NCBI GenBank assembly: GCA_051294375.1
Contig: CM119265.1
Location: 20,979,000 to 21,042,999 of the forward strand
Source: Paraspadella gotoi
Lineage: Eukaryota; Animalia; Chaetognatha
Direction of reading: 5' to 3'
Length of the DNA: 64,000 nt
Under the pieces are notes generated by a model that saw only the letters and a list, made by a program, of their open reading frames with translations, made no database searches and was not told the DNA's origin. Positions 37,701-51,676 of this stretch are shown in pieces (positions within the stretch are counted from its first letter, which is position 1; each line of letters starts with the position of its first letter). Position numbers and translations under genes: made by a program.

Positions 37701-40175
37701 AAAGTGTTTTAGAAAAAAATCGCTAAAAAATTGTAAAGAGAACGATGGGAAACGAAGCCGAGGACGGACGCGCGAGTAAGAAGAAAAAGGAGGCAATGAT
37801 ATGTAACGATCCGATTGTGTTTGGAGTCGAAGTTTTACGGACGATGGAAAAATGTAGAGAAAAAAAAGTGAAAATTACTACGCTGGCCAGGCGTAAGAAG
37901 TATTTACTAATGTTAAAGACTAATTAAAACGGACTTAATTTAAGTAAAATCTTTATTAACTAAAAGAGCGAATAGTCGTAATTATTTCTCTTCAAATCTT
38001 CTCATTCTTTCTCAATTACTTTCTCTTCTCCTTTCCTCCACCGAAACAGAGAAGGAGAGATTTCGGGGATCAAAGGGAGGAGATTGAGCTCAGCTTTGGT
38101 CGGACTTTTGGGAGCTAAACGAAGAAACGGACCCACAACTTGAACGGGAGAGAAGATTGAATTAAAGGAGGAAACGGGGCCCACAACTTAAGGGGAAAAA
38201 GACCACAATAATAAATATCGAGCGCGAAAGAGCCCACGAACGACCGAGTTTCAACTTGAAGAGCTCAATGGGTCCGCGACTTGAAAAGAAGAAAAGAATC
38301 CACAAGAAGACAATATATCACAAATTAGAGGAAGAAAACGGCAACCAAAAGAAGAAACTGGGATAATTTAAATTATAGAAACTGGCCGATATAACTAAAA
38401 AAATAGGACAATGAAAGTAATTTCAAAGAAAAACACCGCGACTTTTTTTGTGCAACGATCGAGCGCGAAAAGATTTTTTAACTCGTACTTAACCTATTGT
38501 CCCAGAAGGATTGATTTCCAACGTTCACGAATCTCTGCAGATCCGAAAAGTGACCGACAAGACACGACCTCCGGAAAAATCGTCGACAGGCGACACATGA
38601 GCCGACATTCGCCGTCCGTCGCTGATCCGAATTGACAGGGAAGTTCCGGTGAGAACGGATCGATACGTGACCGAAATACCGGAGGTGGAACCGAAAGTGG
38701 GGAAAAAGGGTTGGCAGCGCGCCGGAGGCAGAGTCGCCGTCCCTCTGGAGTCTGATACGTCACAATCGGGAAGACGTCACCGCGAGGACGACGTCGGTGG
38801 AGTTTGATTCTCGTGACGAATGTGAGATGCGAATAATTGAATTTCTTGTTTTTTTTATAGATATTATTTCTACACTATATATTTACTCAGCTTTCAGCTA
38901 AACCAGAATTTCAGCAAACGCTTTAGCCGTATTGGAGTTAGTACGTTAAATTGTATCAATTATATATTATTATATTAAATAGTACAGTATATTGCAGGTA
39001 TCGTTTTCTTTTAGTTTTCGTGTCTTCTTCTCCCATTTTTCTGAAATGAATTTTGAATTTGGATCTTATTTATCTCTTTATTTCCATTTTTTTTATTCTT
39101 TTAGTCCCCATTGTGAACTTGAGAAGTTTTGGCTAAACAAACAACGAGATGACGAATAAGTGGAGTCTTGAGAGACTGGAGGAGAACTTAAAAGATGGGA
39201 TGAGTTGAGAGATAGAGAGACTAGAGAGGTAGACTTAAAGAGAAAAGGACAAGTGTGGAGAGACCTATACGAGAAGAGACTGAAGAGGAGAGACTTAAAA
39301 GAGGAGAGACTAGAAAAGAGAGAATTAAAAAAGGAGAGATGGAGAGGAGAGACTTAAAAGAGAAGAGACTTAGAGATGGAGAGACCAATAGGAGAAGAGA
39401 CTGAGAGGAGCGACTAGAGAAGAGAGACTTAAAGAAAAAGACTAGAAAAGAGAGACTTGAGAGGATAGCCAAAGGGACTCGCATAAAAAACCAAAACAAT
39501 TGAAGACGAAAAAAAATGGATTCTTTCTTTTTTTCTCTTTAAATCTTTTCCTTTCAATCTCGGGGTATTTTCCTCTGGATTTTCGTCTTGCTCCTTCACT
39601 CCTTCTCTTTTTTGCTCCTCTCCTTTACTCCTCCTCCTCCTCTCCTCTCCATAGAAGGATCGTTGAACTGATTTGTGAAAGAAAGAAGGAAAAAAAAAAG
39701 AGAAAAAAAAAAAAAAAAAAAAAAACCAATAAACAAAGAAATAAAAAAATCCTTTTCTGAACAAGAGATTATATATTTCTGAACCCGAAACATTAAAAAA
39801 ACTTCTTCTCCCCAAAGGATTAAAAAGATTTTATACGATATGCAAAGAAAGACCGTAACTGTATCCCGGGTAAAAAAAAAAGAAAGAAAATTCACTAGGT
39901 CGGTACTTACCTTTCACCCTTACCCGCCCTCCATTCTTTCCTCGTGATCGTCGAGGAAAGTTTGCGTAATAATCGTTTATTTTCCATTTCGCATCATTAA
40001 AGCCGGAGGTAAGGCGGGTAAGAGATGAGAGGAGGTGGGGAGGAGGAGAAGGGGGTAGAGGAGGCTGAGGAAGAGGGGGGAGAAGCGACGTCTCGCGTCT
40101 CAGTTGTAACCGGTCTTTGTGATTTTCCAGACCCTAACTCGAATCGGCGCCAACGGTGAGACGGTTTATTTAGGC
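33063..40175 (+). repeat. Block A, copy 2 (direct tandem copy with many 1-bp indels)
   Basis: Same order of landmarks as copy 1, e.g. ORFs MRSKQRCVKAQ, MESSSGYRGIF and MTYQTPEGRR recur at about +7.2 kb. Confidence 0.95.
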
Positions 40176-41685
40176 GATTGAGGTTGCTCGCGGGGGGCGG
40201 GGGGGGGAGGAGGGGGCGTGTGAGGGCGTGGGGGGTCAATCGGCGAAAGGGAGAGGAAGAGAGAGCTGAGAGGGAGTCACGTTGTTAATGCCTCGTCAGG
40301 AGATCTGCAATTCGGAGGCAAAGACGCTGGGTGAGCAAAGCTAAAGTATTGTTAAAAGGAAGGTAAGAGTAGTACAAAGAGAAAGGAAAAGGAATGAAAG
40401 TAATTAAGGGTGAACGAAATAAAAAGTGTATTAAAAATAAAGAAAGGAAAAAGACAATTAAATAAAAGTTTGGGGAACAACAGGGGTAAACAACGCGAAG
40501 AAACAAGCAAAAGAAAGGAGATAGAAAGAAAAGGAAGGAAAGAAATGGAGGAAAAGAAAGATGGAAAACAGCAAAGAAAAAAAGAGGAGGAAAAAAAAGG
40601 GAAAAAAATAAGGAAAGAATGGAATTTTATTTTTTTTTTCGAAGGAGAAGATGACATCGTTACCAAGGGAGGGAAATCTTTTTTTGTTGGCGTAATGATA
40701 ACTCACCTGATTTGCATACTCACTGTTATTTGTCGTCGTCGTCGTTCGTCGTCGTCGTGGAGGTGATCGGTGAGTGTTATTTGCGTCGTCATCGTACTGA
40801 AGGGACGCTTTTGTTGACTCGGACAGTCGCTTCGGGGATTCCCGCATCTGCCTGGATGGGGGCATAGTTGTCGATTATTTAGATTTATTTTTTTTTTTGG
40901 TGACTTATGGAACCTAACCGAAATTTATATTTCTTGATACATCATCACAAGGCACAGGGAGTTTGGTAAATGACTTAGCAGGAATTTGAGGAAAAAATAA
41001 GAAAGAGTTCACGAATTTATTTACACAGTAATGATCAAAATCATTTTCAGAGAGAAAAACGACATTAACAAAAAGAAGAAAAACAATAGTAAAAATAACA
41101 ATAAGAGTCAAAACGAATCTAGTGGTCAGTTAACTATTTAGAGTAGGAGTCGTTGTTGTCTGTTGTGTTGTTTTGTCACCAAAGGAGTATAATTTCTCTT
41201 TGTAAAATTTCATAATGGAGAATACTGTGCCGGAGAAAAAAAAAGTTTTTGCCAGATTCATCATATATCGAAATATGCGGCATAACATTTTTTTTTGCTT
41301 CGAACACTGAATTTCCCATTTATGAAAGGTTGCATAAGAAAATATCTTCATACTCCGTACTTAGCTGGAAGTATTCGTGGCCTACTGCGTTTTTAAAATC
41401 ATTTACAATAAAAAAAAAGGATAGTGAAAATAGGCGTAACATAAAAATATACAATGTTTTTTTTTCGGCATGGCGATGTATTTTTAAAGGTCGTTGACTT
41501 ACCCACGTGATTGGTGTTTATACAATTGCAAAATGCCATCAATGCATCAATGCTATTAATGCCATTATGCCATCAATCGTTTCGTGATCTCAGCAAGAAT
41601 GAAAAGAATGGAAAGAAAATCCAACCCCCGCCAAAAATTGTCTTCACAGTAAAGACAAATGGAAAACGACGAAAAAGGAAGACTT

Positions 41686-41747
<62 letters not shown>

Positions 41748-44310
41748 CTCTCTCTCTCTCTCTCTTCGTCTGTCTCTCTCGGTGACAATTCCTCGCCTGA
41801 GACAAAACTTTCCCTTCTCTGTCGGTTCAAGTTGCGACGATTTCTGAGATTGATTTCTTTTTTTTTTTTTCCCAGATAATCTTTCTAACGGTATTAGATT
41901 TAGAAAATGTTTTATTTATCTATCTCTCTCTTTCCAGCATGTTCACTATATTTTAATCTCTGCTTTTCCCCATTTCTCCCTTTCTTTCCCTGTCTTTTTT
42001 TCTGTCACTGTCTTCTTCTTTCCCATCTATCCGTCTTTCGTCCTTTCCTCTAATCCCTTCATCTCTACCGATTAATATTCTGGATCCTTGTGAGTCTCAT
42101 CAATATTTCTTCCAATTTCCTATTTTTTCCTTGAAACTTCGGTCGGTTTTTAAATTATTTTTCTTTCTTTGGTTCTTTCTTGGTTTCTTTCTTTCTTTCT
42201 TCTTTCTTTCTTTCTTTCTTTTCTTTTCTTTTCTTTCTTTCTTTCTTCTCTTTCTTTCTTTTCTTTTCTTCTTTCTTTTTTTTTCTTTCTCTTTTTTCTT
42301 CTCTTTCTTTCTTTTTCTTTCTTTCTTTCTTTCGTTTCATTTCCCTTTCCAAACTTTTTTCTAAAAATATTCCATTCCTTTTTAATTTTTTTTCTCTTCC
42401 CTACAATCCTTGGTCTCTTTCCTTTCTTAACTTTTCTTCTTCCCCCCTTCCCACAGATCTTTATTTCCTTCTTTCCTCCCCTCCTTTCTTCCTTTTTTTT
42501 TCCTTTCTTCTCTCACTTCTCCTTTCCCATTCCGCGATTTATTTTTTCTATCCACTTTTTTTACCCTCATATATGTTTTTCTTTCGTTTTGTTTATGTTT
42601 TTGCAAAGCTGCTCTTCGAAAGTGCTCGGTAGAAGGAGACAGCTAGGCGCGGACAACATGGCAAACCTAGCAAGCAGCGGCGACCTGCAGCACTGCAGAT
42701 TTTGCCTCAGCAAAAATCTGCGAAAACAGATAAATAACATGATTGATTTTCATTTGACATCTTCAAAGGCTGGAAGAAAATATGACCGAGCGTGAGAGGA
42801 GAATGAAATCGGATTGAGAAGAGAGAAACAGAGCGGAGATATATATATATATATTTTTTTTTTGTCTACTAAAAGTACTTTTGCATCGACTCGACAAACT
42901 TTTCACCTCACCGCGCCAACCAAAAAAAAAAACATTAAAAATCGAGATGAATAAAAATAAAAAAATAAAAAAACTTGAAAAGAAATCGATAAAGTCGATA
43001 GTTTCAATTTCTGCCGCTCGCCGCAGTCGCGTTGCATCCCGATGCAGCCGCCAACTGCGGTGAAGCGCAGAAATTGAAACTATCGACTTTATCGAATTTC
43101 TTTGTCAAGTTTTTTTATTTTTATTTTTTATTCATCTTCGATTTTAATGTTTTTTTTTTGGTTGGCGCGGTGAGGTGAAAAGTTTGTCGAGTCGATGCAA
43201 AAGTACTTTTAGTAGACAAAAAAAATATATATATATATATCCGCTCTGTTTCTCTCTCTCTCAATCCGATTTCATTCTCTCTCACGCTCGGTCAATAGTA
43301 TCTTCAGCCTTTGAAATGTCAAATGAAATCAATCATGTTATTTATCTGTTTTCGCAGATTTTTGCTGCGGCAAAATCTGCAGTCGCTGCAGGGTCCGCCG
43401 CTGCTTGCTAGGTTTGCCATTGTTGTCGCGCCTTATGCTGTCTCTTCTACCGAGCACTTCCGAAAGCGCTGCCAAAAAACATAAACAAACGAAAGAAAAA
43501 AACATATATTGAGGGAAAAAAAGTGGATAGAAAAAAATCGCGGAATGGAAAAGAAGATGAGGAAGAAAGGAAGGAAGAAAGGAGGGGAGGAAAGAAGAAA
43601 ATAAAGAATCTGTGGAAGGGGAAGAAGAAAGTTAAGAAGGAAAGAGACCAAGGATTGTAGGGGGAAAGAGAAAAAAAAAATTAAAAAGGAATGGAGAATT
43701 TTTAGAAAAAAGTTGGAAGGGAAATGAAACGAAAAGAAAGAAAGAAAGAAAGAAAAGAAAAGAAAGAAAGAAAGAAAGAGAAAGAAAAAAAAAGAAAGAA
43801 AGAAAGAAAGAGGAAGAAAAAAGAAAGAAAGAAGAAAGAAAGAAAGAAAGAAAAAGAAATGGAAAGAAAGAAAAAAGAAAGAAAGAAAACAAAGAAAAGA
43901 AACAAAGAAAGAAAATAATTTAAAAAAACCGACGGAAGTTTCAAGGAAAAAATAGGAAGATTGAAGAAATATTGATGAGACTCACAGGTCCAGAATATTA
44001 ATCGGATAGAGATGAAGGATTAGAGGAAAGACGAAAGACGGATAGATGGAAAGAAAGAAAAGAGACAGTGACAGAAAAAAAAGACAGGAAAGAAAGGGAG
44101 AAATGGGGAAAAGCAGAGATTAAAATATAGTGACATGCGGGAAAGAGAGAGATAGATAAATAACATTTTCTAAATCTAATACCGTTAGAAAGATTAATCT
44201 GGGAAAAAAAAAAAGAAAATCAATCTCAGAATCGTCGCAACCTTGAACCGACAGAGAAGGAAAGTTTGTCTCAGGCGAGGAATGGTCACCGAAGAGACAG
44301 ACGAAGAGAG

Positions 44311-44370
<60 letters not shown>

Positions 44371-45888
44371 AAGAGAGAGCAAGTCTTCCTTTTTCTTCCC
44401 GTTTTCCATTTGTCTTTACTTGAAGATCAATTTTTGGCGGGGGGTTGGATTTTCTTTCCATTCTTTTCATTCTTGCTGAGATCACGAACGATTGATGGCT
44501 TAATGGGCATTAATAGCATTGATGCCATTGATGGCATTTTGCAATTGTATAAACACCAATCAGTGGGTAAGTCAACGACCTTAAAATACATCGCATTGCC
44601 GAAAAAAAAACATTGTATTATTTTTATGTTACGCCTATTTTCACTATCCTTTTTTTATTGTAAATGATTTTAAAAACGCAGTAGGCCACGAATACTTCAG
44701 TAAGTACGGAGTATGAAGATATTTTCTTATGCAACCTTTTCATAATGGGAATTCAGTGTTCGAGCAAAAAAAAATGTTATGCCGCATATTTCGATATTAT
44801 GAAAATCTGGCAAAAACTTTTTTTTTCTCCCGGCACAGTTTCTCCATATGAAATTTTTTAAAAAGAGAATTATACTCCTTTGGTGACAACAACAACGACA
44901 ACAACAACTACCTAAATAGTTAACTGACCACTAGATTCGTTTCGACTCTTATTGTATTTTTTACTATTGTCTTTTCTCTTTTTGTTATGTCGTTTTTTCT
45001 CTCTTGAAAATGATTTTGATCATTACATGCTGTAAATAAATTCGTGAAACGTCTTTCTTATTTTTTCCTCAAATTCCTGCTAAGTCATTTACCAACTCCC
45101 TGTGCCTTGTGATGATGTATCAAGAAATATAATTTCGGTTTAGGTTCCATAAGTCACCAAAAAAAAAAAAAAAATCTAAATTAATCGACAATGACTGCCC
45201 CACATCCAGGCAGATTGCGGGAATCCCCGAAGCGACTGTCGAGTTCAACAAAGCGTCCCTTCTAGTAACGATGACGACGCAAATAACACTCAACCGATCC
45301 CTCCACGACGACGACGACGACGACGACGACAAATAACAGTGAGTATGCAAAATCAGGTTGAGTTATCATTACGCCAACAAAAAAAGATTTCCCTCCCTTG
45401 TAACGATGTCATCTCTTTCCTTCGAAAAAAAAAAATAAATTCCATTCTCTTTCCTTATTTTTTTCCCTTTTTTTTTCCTCCTCTTTTTTTCTTTGCTCGT
45501 TTTTTCCATCTTTCTTTTCTCCATTTCTCCTTCCTTTTCTTTCTATCTCCTTTCTTTTGCTTGTTTCTATCGCGTGTTTACCCCTGTTGTCCCCAAACTT
45601 TTATTTTTAATTGTCTTTTTTCCTTTCTTATTTTAATACACTTTTTATTTTCGTTCACCCTTAATTACTTTCATTCCTTTTCCTATCCTCTGTAACTAAC
45701 TCTTACCTTCCTTTTAACAATACTTTAGCTTTTAGCTCAACCAGCTCTTTGCCTCCGAATTGCAGATCTCCCCTGACGAGGCCATTAACAACGTGACTCC
45801 CTCTCAGCCTCTCTTCCTCTCCCTTTCGCCGAATGACCCCCCCTCACACGCCCCTCCTCCCCCCCGCCCCCCGCGAGCAACCTCAATC
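40175..45888. repeat. Block B (~2.86 kb) and its fold-back inverted copy; palindrome centre 43039/43040
   Basis: gtttcaatttctgc..tgcatc cc gatgca..gcagaaattgaaac; the arms are reverse complements out to gattgaggttgctcgcgg / ccgcgagcaacctcaatc. Confidence 0.95.
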
Positions 45889-45913
45889 NNNNNNNNNNNN
45901 NNNNNNNNNNNNN

Positions 45914-47925
45914 ATTGTTAAAAGGAAGGTAAGAGTTAGTACAGAGGAAAGGAAAAGGAAGGAAAGTAATCAAGGGTGAACGAAAATAAAAAGTGTATTA
46001 AAAATAAAGAAAGGAAAAAAAAAAATTATAAATAAAAGTTTGGGGAACAACAGGGGTAAACAACGCGAAGAAACAAGCAAAAGAAAGGAGATAGAAAGAA
46101 AAGGAAGGAGAAATGGAGGAAAAGAAAAGATGGAAAACAGCAAAGAAAAAAAGAGGAGGAAAAAAAAGGGAAAAAAATAAGGAAAGAATGGAATTTTATT
46201 TTTTTTTTCGAAGGAGAAGATTGACATCGTTACCAAGGGAGGGAAATCTTTTTTTGTTGGCGTAATGATAACTCACCTGATTTGCATACTCACTGTTATT
46301 TGTCGTCGTCGTCGTTCGTCGTCGTCGTGGAGGTGATCGGTGAGTGTTATTTGCGTCGTCATCGTACTAGAAGGGACGCTTTTGTTGACTCGGACAGTCG
46401 CTTCGGGGATTCCCGCATCTGCCTGGATGTGGGGCATTATTGTCGATTATTTAGATTTATTTTTTTTTTTTGGTGACTTATGGAACCTAACCGAAATTTA
46501 ATATTTCTTGATACATCATCACAAGGCACAGGGAGTTTGGTAAATGACTTAGCAGGAATTTGAGGAAAAAATAAGAAAGACGTTCACGAATTTATTTACA
46601 GCATGTAATGATCAAAATCATTTTCAGAGAGAAAAACGACATTAACAAAAAGAGAAAAGACAATAGTAAAAATAACAATAAGAGTCGAAAACGAATCTAG
46701 TGGTCAGTTAACTATTTAGGTAAGTTCAGGAGTCCGTTAAGGTTGTTGTTGTTGTCGTTGTTGTTGTCACCAAAGGAGTATAATTCTCTTTTGTAAAATT
46801 TCATAATGGGGAATACTGTGCCCGGAGAAAAAAAAGTTTTTGCCAGATTTCATCATATATCGAAATATGCGGCATAACATTTTTTTTTGCTTCGAACACT
46901 GAATTTCCCATTATGAAAAGGTTGCATAAGAAAATATCTTCATACTCCGTACTTAGCTGGAAGTATTCGTGGCCTACTGCGTTTTTAAAATCATTTACAA
47001 TAAAAAAAGGATAGTGAAAATAGGCGTAACATAAAAATAATACAATGTTTTTTTTTCGGCAATGCGATGTATATTAAAGGTCGTTGACTTACCCACGTGA
47101 TTGGTGTTTATACAGTTGCAAAATGCCATCAATGGCATCAATGCCATTAATGCCATTAATGCCATCAATCGTTTCGTGATCTCAGCAAGAATGAAAAGAA
47201 TGGAAAGAAAATCCAACCCCCCGCCAAAAATTGTCTTCAAGTAAAGACAAATGGAAAACGGAAGAAAAAGGANNNNNNNNNNNNNNNNNNNNNNNNNNNN
47301 NNNNNNNNNNNNNNNNNNNNNNNNNNNNNNNNNNNNNNNNNNNNNNNNNNNNNNNNNNNNNNNNNNNNNNNNNNNNNNNNNNNNNNNNNNNNNNNNNNNN
47401 NNNNNNNNNNNNNNNNNNNNNNNNNNNNNNNNNNNNNNNNNNNNNNNNNNNNNNNNNNNNNNNNNNNNNNNNNNNNNNNNNNNNNTCTCTCTCTTCGTCT
47501 GTCTCTCTCGGTGACCAATTCCTCGCCTGAGACAAACTTTCCTTCTCTGTCGGTTCAAGGTTGCGACGTTTCTGAGATTGATTTCTTTTTTTTTCCCCCA
47601 TATAATCTTTCTAACGGTATTAGATTTAGAAAATGTTTTATTTATCTATCTCTCTCTTTCCCAGCATGTCACTATATTTTAATCTCTGCTTTCCCCCCAT
47701 TTCTCCCTTTCTTTCCTTTAACAGTTAACCTCTTTCTGTCTGTCTTTCTTTCTGTCACTCTCTCTTTCTTTCTTTCCATCTGTCCGTCTTTCGTCCTTCC
47801 CTCTAATCCGTTCATCTCTACCGATTAATATTCTGGATCCTTGTGAGTCGCATCAATATTTCTTCAATCTTCCTATTTTTTCCTTGAAACTTCCGTCGGT
47901 TTTTAAATTTCAAATTATTTTTTTT
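45914..47925 (+). repeat. Further partial forward copy of block B (equivalent to ~40328-42160), between N gaps
   Basis: Colinear with 40328-42160; bounded by 25-N gaps at 45889-45913 and 47926-47950, with an internal gap at 47273-47485 over the (CT)n tract. Confidence 0.9.
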
Positions 47926-47950
47926 NNNNNNNNNNNNNNNNNNNNNNNNN

Positions 47951-50098
47951 CTTTCTTTGGTTCTTTCTTGGTTTCTTTCTTTCTTTCTTCTTTCTTTCTT
48001 TCTTTCTTTTCTTTTCTTTTCTTTCTTTCTTTCTTCTCTTTCTTTCTTTTCTTTTCTTCTTTCTTTTTTTTTCTTTCTCTTTTTTCTTCTCTTTCTTTCT
48101 TTTTCTTTCTTTCTTTCTTTCGTTTCATTTCCCTTTCCAAACTTTTTTCTAAAAATATTCCATTCCTTTTTAATTTTTTTTCTCTTCCCTACAATCCTTG
48201 GTCTCTTTCCTTTCTTAACTTTTCTTCTTCCCCCCTTCCCACAGATCTTTATTTCCTTCTTTCCTCCCCTCCTTTCTTCCTTTTTTTTTCCTTTCTTCTC
48301 TCACTTCTCCTTTCCCATTCCGCGATTTATTTTTTCTATCCACTTTTTTTACCCTCATATATGTTTTTCTTTCGTTTTGTTTATGTTTTTGCAAAGCTGC
48401 TCTTCGAAAGTGCTCGGTAGAAGGAGACAGCTAGGCGCGGACAACATGGCAAACCTAGCAAGCAGCGGCGACCTGCAGCACTGCAGATTTTGCCTCAGCA
48501 AAAATCTGCGAAAACAGATAAATAACATGATTGATTTTCATTTGACATCTTCAAAGGCTGGAAGAAAATATGACCGAGCGTGAGAGGAGAATGAAATCGG
48601 ATTGAGAAGAGAGAAACAGAGCGGAGATATATATATATATATTTTTTTTTTGTCTACTAAAAGTACTTTTGCATCGACTCGACAAACTTTTCACCTCACC
48701 GCGCCAACCAAAAAAAAAAACATTAAAAATCGAGATGAATAAAAATAAAAAAATAAAAAAACTTGAAAAGAAATCGATAAAGTCGATAGTTTCAATTTCT
48801 GCCGCTCGCCGCAGTCGCGTTGCATCCCGATGCAGCCGCCAACTGCGGTGAAGCGCAGAAATTGAAACTATCGACTTTATCGAATTTCTTTGTCAAGTTT
48901 TTTTATTTTTATTTTTTATTCATCTTCGATTTTAATGTTTTTTTTTTGGTTGGCGCGGTGAGGTGAAAAGTTTGTCGAGTCGATGCAAAAGTACTTTTAG
49001 TAGACAAAAAAAATATATATATATATATCCGCTCTGTTTCTCTCTCTCTCAATCCGATTTCATTCTCTCTCACGCTCGGTCAATAGTATCTTCAGCCTTT
49101 GAAATGTCAAATGAAATCAATCATGTTATTTATCTGTTTTCGCAGATTTTTGCTGCGGCAAAATCTGCAGTCGCTGCAGGGTCCGCCGCTGCTTGCTAGG
49201 TTTGCCATTGTTGTCGCGCCTTATGCTGTCTCTTCTACCGAGCACTTCCGAAAGCGCTGCCAAAAAACATAAACAAACGAAAGAAAAAAACATATATTGA
49301 GGGAAAAAAAGTGGATAGAAAAAAATCGCGGAATGGAAAAGAAGATGAGGAAGAAAGGAAGGAAGAAAGGAGGGGAGGAAAGAAGAAAATAAAGAATCTG
49401 TGGAAGGGGAAGAAGAAAGTTAAGAAGGAAAGAGACCAAGGATTGTAGGGGGAAAGAGAAAAAAAAAATTAAAAAGGAATGGAGAATTTTTAGAAAAAAG
49501 TTGGAAGGGAAATGAAACGAAAAGAAAGAAAGAAAGAAAGAAAAGAAAAGAAAGAAAGAAAGAAAGAGAAAGAAAAAAAAAGAAAGAAAGAAAGAAAGAG
49601 GAAGAAAAAAGAAAGAAAGAAGAAAGAAAGAAAGAAAGAAAAAGAAATGGAAAGAAAGAAAAAAGAAAGAAAGAAAACAAAGAAAAGAAACAAAGAAAGA
49701 AAATAATTTAAAAAAACCGACGGAAGTTTCAAGGAAAAAATAGGAAGATTGAAGAAATATTGATGAGACTCACAGGTCCAGAATATTAATCGGATAGAGA
49801 TGAAGGATTAGAGGAAAGACGAAAGACGGATAGATGGAAAGAAAGAAAAGAGACAGTGACAGAAAAAAAAGACAGGAAAGAAAGGGAGAAATGGGGAAAA
49901 GCAGAGATTAAAATATAGTGACATGCGGGAAAGAGAGAGATAGATAAATAACATTTTCTAAATCTAATACCGTTAGAAAGATTAATCTGGGAAAAAAAAA
50001 AAGAAAATCAATCTCAGAATCGTCGCAACCTTGAACCGACAGAGAAGGAAAGTTTGTCTCAGGCGAGGAATGGTCACCGAAGAGACAGACGAAGAGAG

Positions 50099-50158
<60 letters not shown>

Positions 50159-51676
50159 AAGAGAGAGCAAGTCTTCCTTTTTCTTCCCGTTTTCCATTTG
50201 TCTTTACTTGAAGATCAATTTTTGGCGGGGGGTTGGATTTTCTTTCCATTCTTTTCATTCTTGCTGAGATCACGAACGATTGATGGCTTAATGGGCATTA
50301 ATAGCATTGATGCCATTGATGGCATTTTGCAATTGTATAAACACCAATCAGTGGGTAAGTCAACGACCTTAAAATACATCGCATTGCCGAAAAAAAAACA
50401 TTGTATTATTTTTATGTTACGCCTATTTTCACTATCCTTTTTTTATTGTAAATGATTTTAAAAACGCAGTAGGCCACGAATACTTCAGTAAGTACGGAGT
50501 ATGAAGATATTTTCTTATGCAACCTTTTCATAATGGGAATTCAGTGTTCGAGCAAAAAAAAATGTTATGCCGCATATTTCGATATTATGAAAATCTGGCA
50601 AAAACTTTTTTTTTCTCCCGGCACAGTTTCTCCATATGAAATTTTTTAAAAAGAGAATTATACTCCTTTGGTGACAACAACAACGACAACAACAACTACC
50701 TAAATAGTTAACTGACCACTAGATTCGTTTCGACTCTTATTGTATTTTTTACTATTGTCTTTTCTCTTTTTGTTATGTCGTTTTTTCTCTCTTGAAAATG
50801 ATTTTGATCATTACATGCTGTAAATAAATTCGTGAAACGTCTTTCTTATTTTTTCCTCAAATTCCTGCTAAGTCATTTACCAACTCCCTGTGCCTTGTGA
50901 TGATGTATCAAGAAATATAATTTCGGTTTAGGTTCCATAAGTCACCAAAAAAAAAAAAAAAATCTAAATTAATCGACAATGACTGCCCCACATCCAGGCA
51001 GATTGCGGGAATCCCCGAAGCGACTGTCGAGTTCAACAAAGCGTCCCTTCTAGTAACGATGACGACGCAAATAACACTCAACCGATCCCTCCACGACGAC
51101 GACGACGACGACGACGACAAATAACAGTGAGTATGCAAAATCAGGTTGAGTTATCATTACGCCAACAAAAAAAGATTTCCCTCCCTTGTAACGATGTCAT
51201 CTCTTTCCTTCGAAAAAAAAAAATAAATTCCATTCTCTTTCCTTATTTTTTTCCCTTTTTTTTTCCTCCTCTTTTTTTCTTTGCTCGTTTTTTCCATCTT
51301 TCTTTTCTCCATTTCTCCTTCCTTTTCTTTCTATCTCCTTTCTTTTGCTTGTTTCTATCGCGTGTTTACCCCTGTTGTCCCCAAACTTTTATTTTTAATT
51401 GTCTTTTTTCCTTTCTTATTTTAATACACTTTTTATTTTCGTTCACCCTTAATTACTTTCATTCCTTTTCCTATCCTCTGTAACTAACTCTTACCTTCCT
51501 TTTAACAATACTTTAGCTTTTAGCTCAACCAGCTCTTTGCCTCCGAATTGCAGATCTCCCCTGACGAGGCCATTAACAACGTGACTCCCTCTCAGCCTCT
51601 CTTCCTCTCCCTTTCGCCGAATGACCCCCCCTCACACGCCCCTCCTCCCCCCCGCCCCCCGCGAGCAACCTCAATC
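47951..51676. repeat. Apparently identical duplicate of 42163-45888 (offset 5788), including the second fold-back centre 48827/48828
   Basis: ORFs recur with identical translation at +5788 (42169/47957, 42881/48669, 43175/48963, 44266/50054, 45339/51127). Confidence 0.95.

Noticed and set aside
27601-40345. miRNA seed-like matches (tgagatc, bantam-like, at 27601; gtgagcaaag, miR-87-like, at ~40331)
   Set aside because: The match does not extend beyond the seed region and there is no complementary arm.
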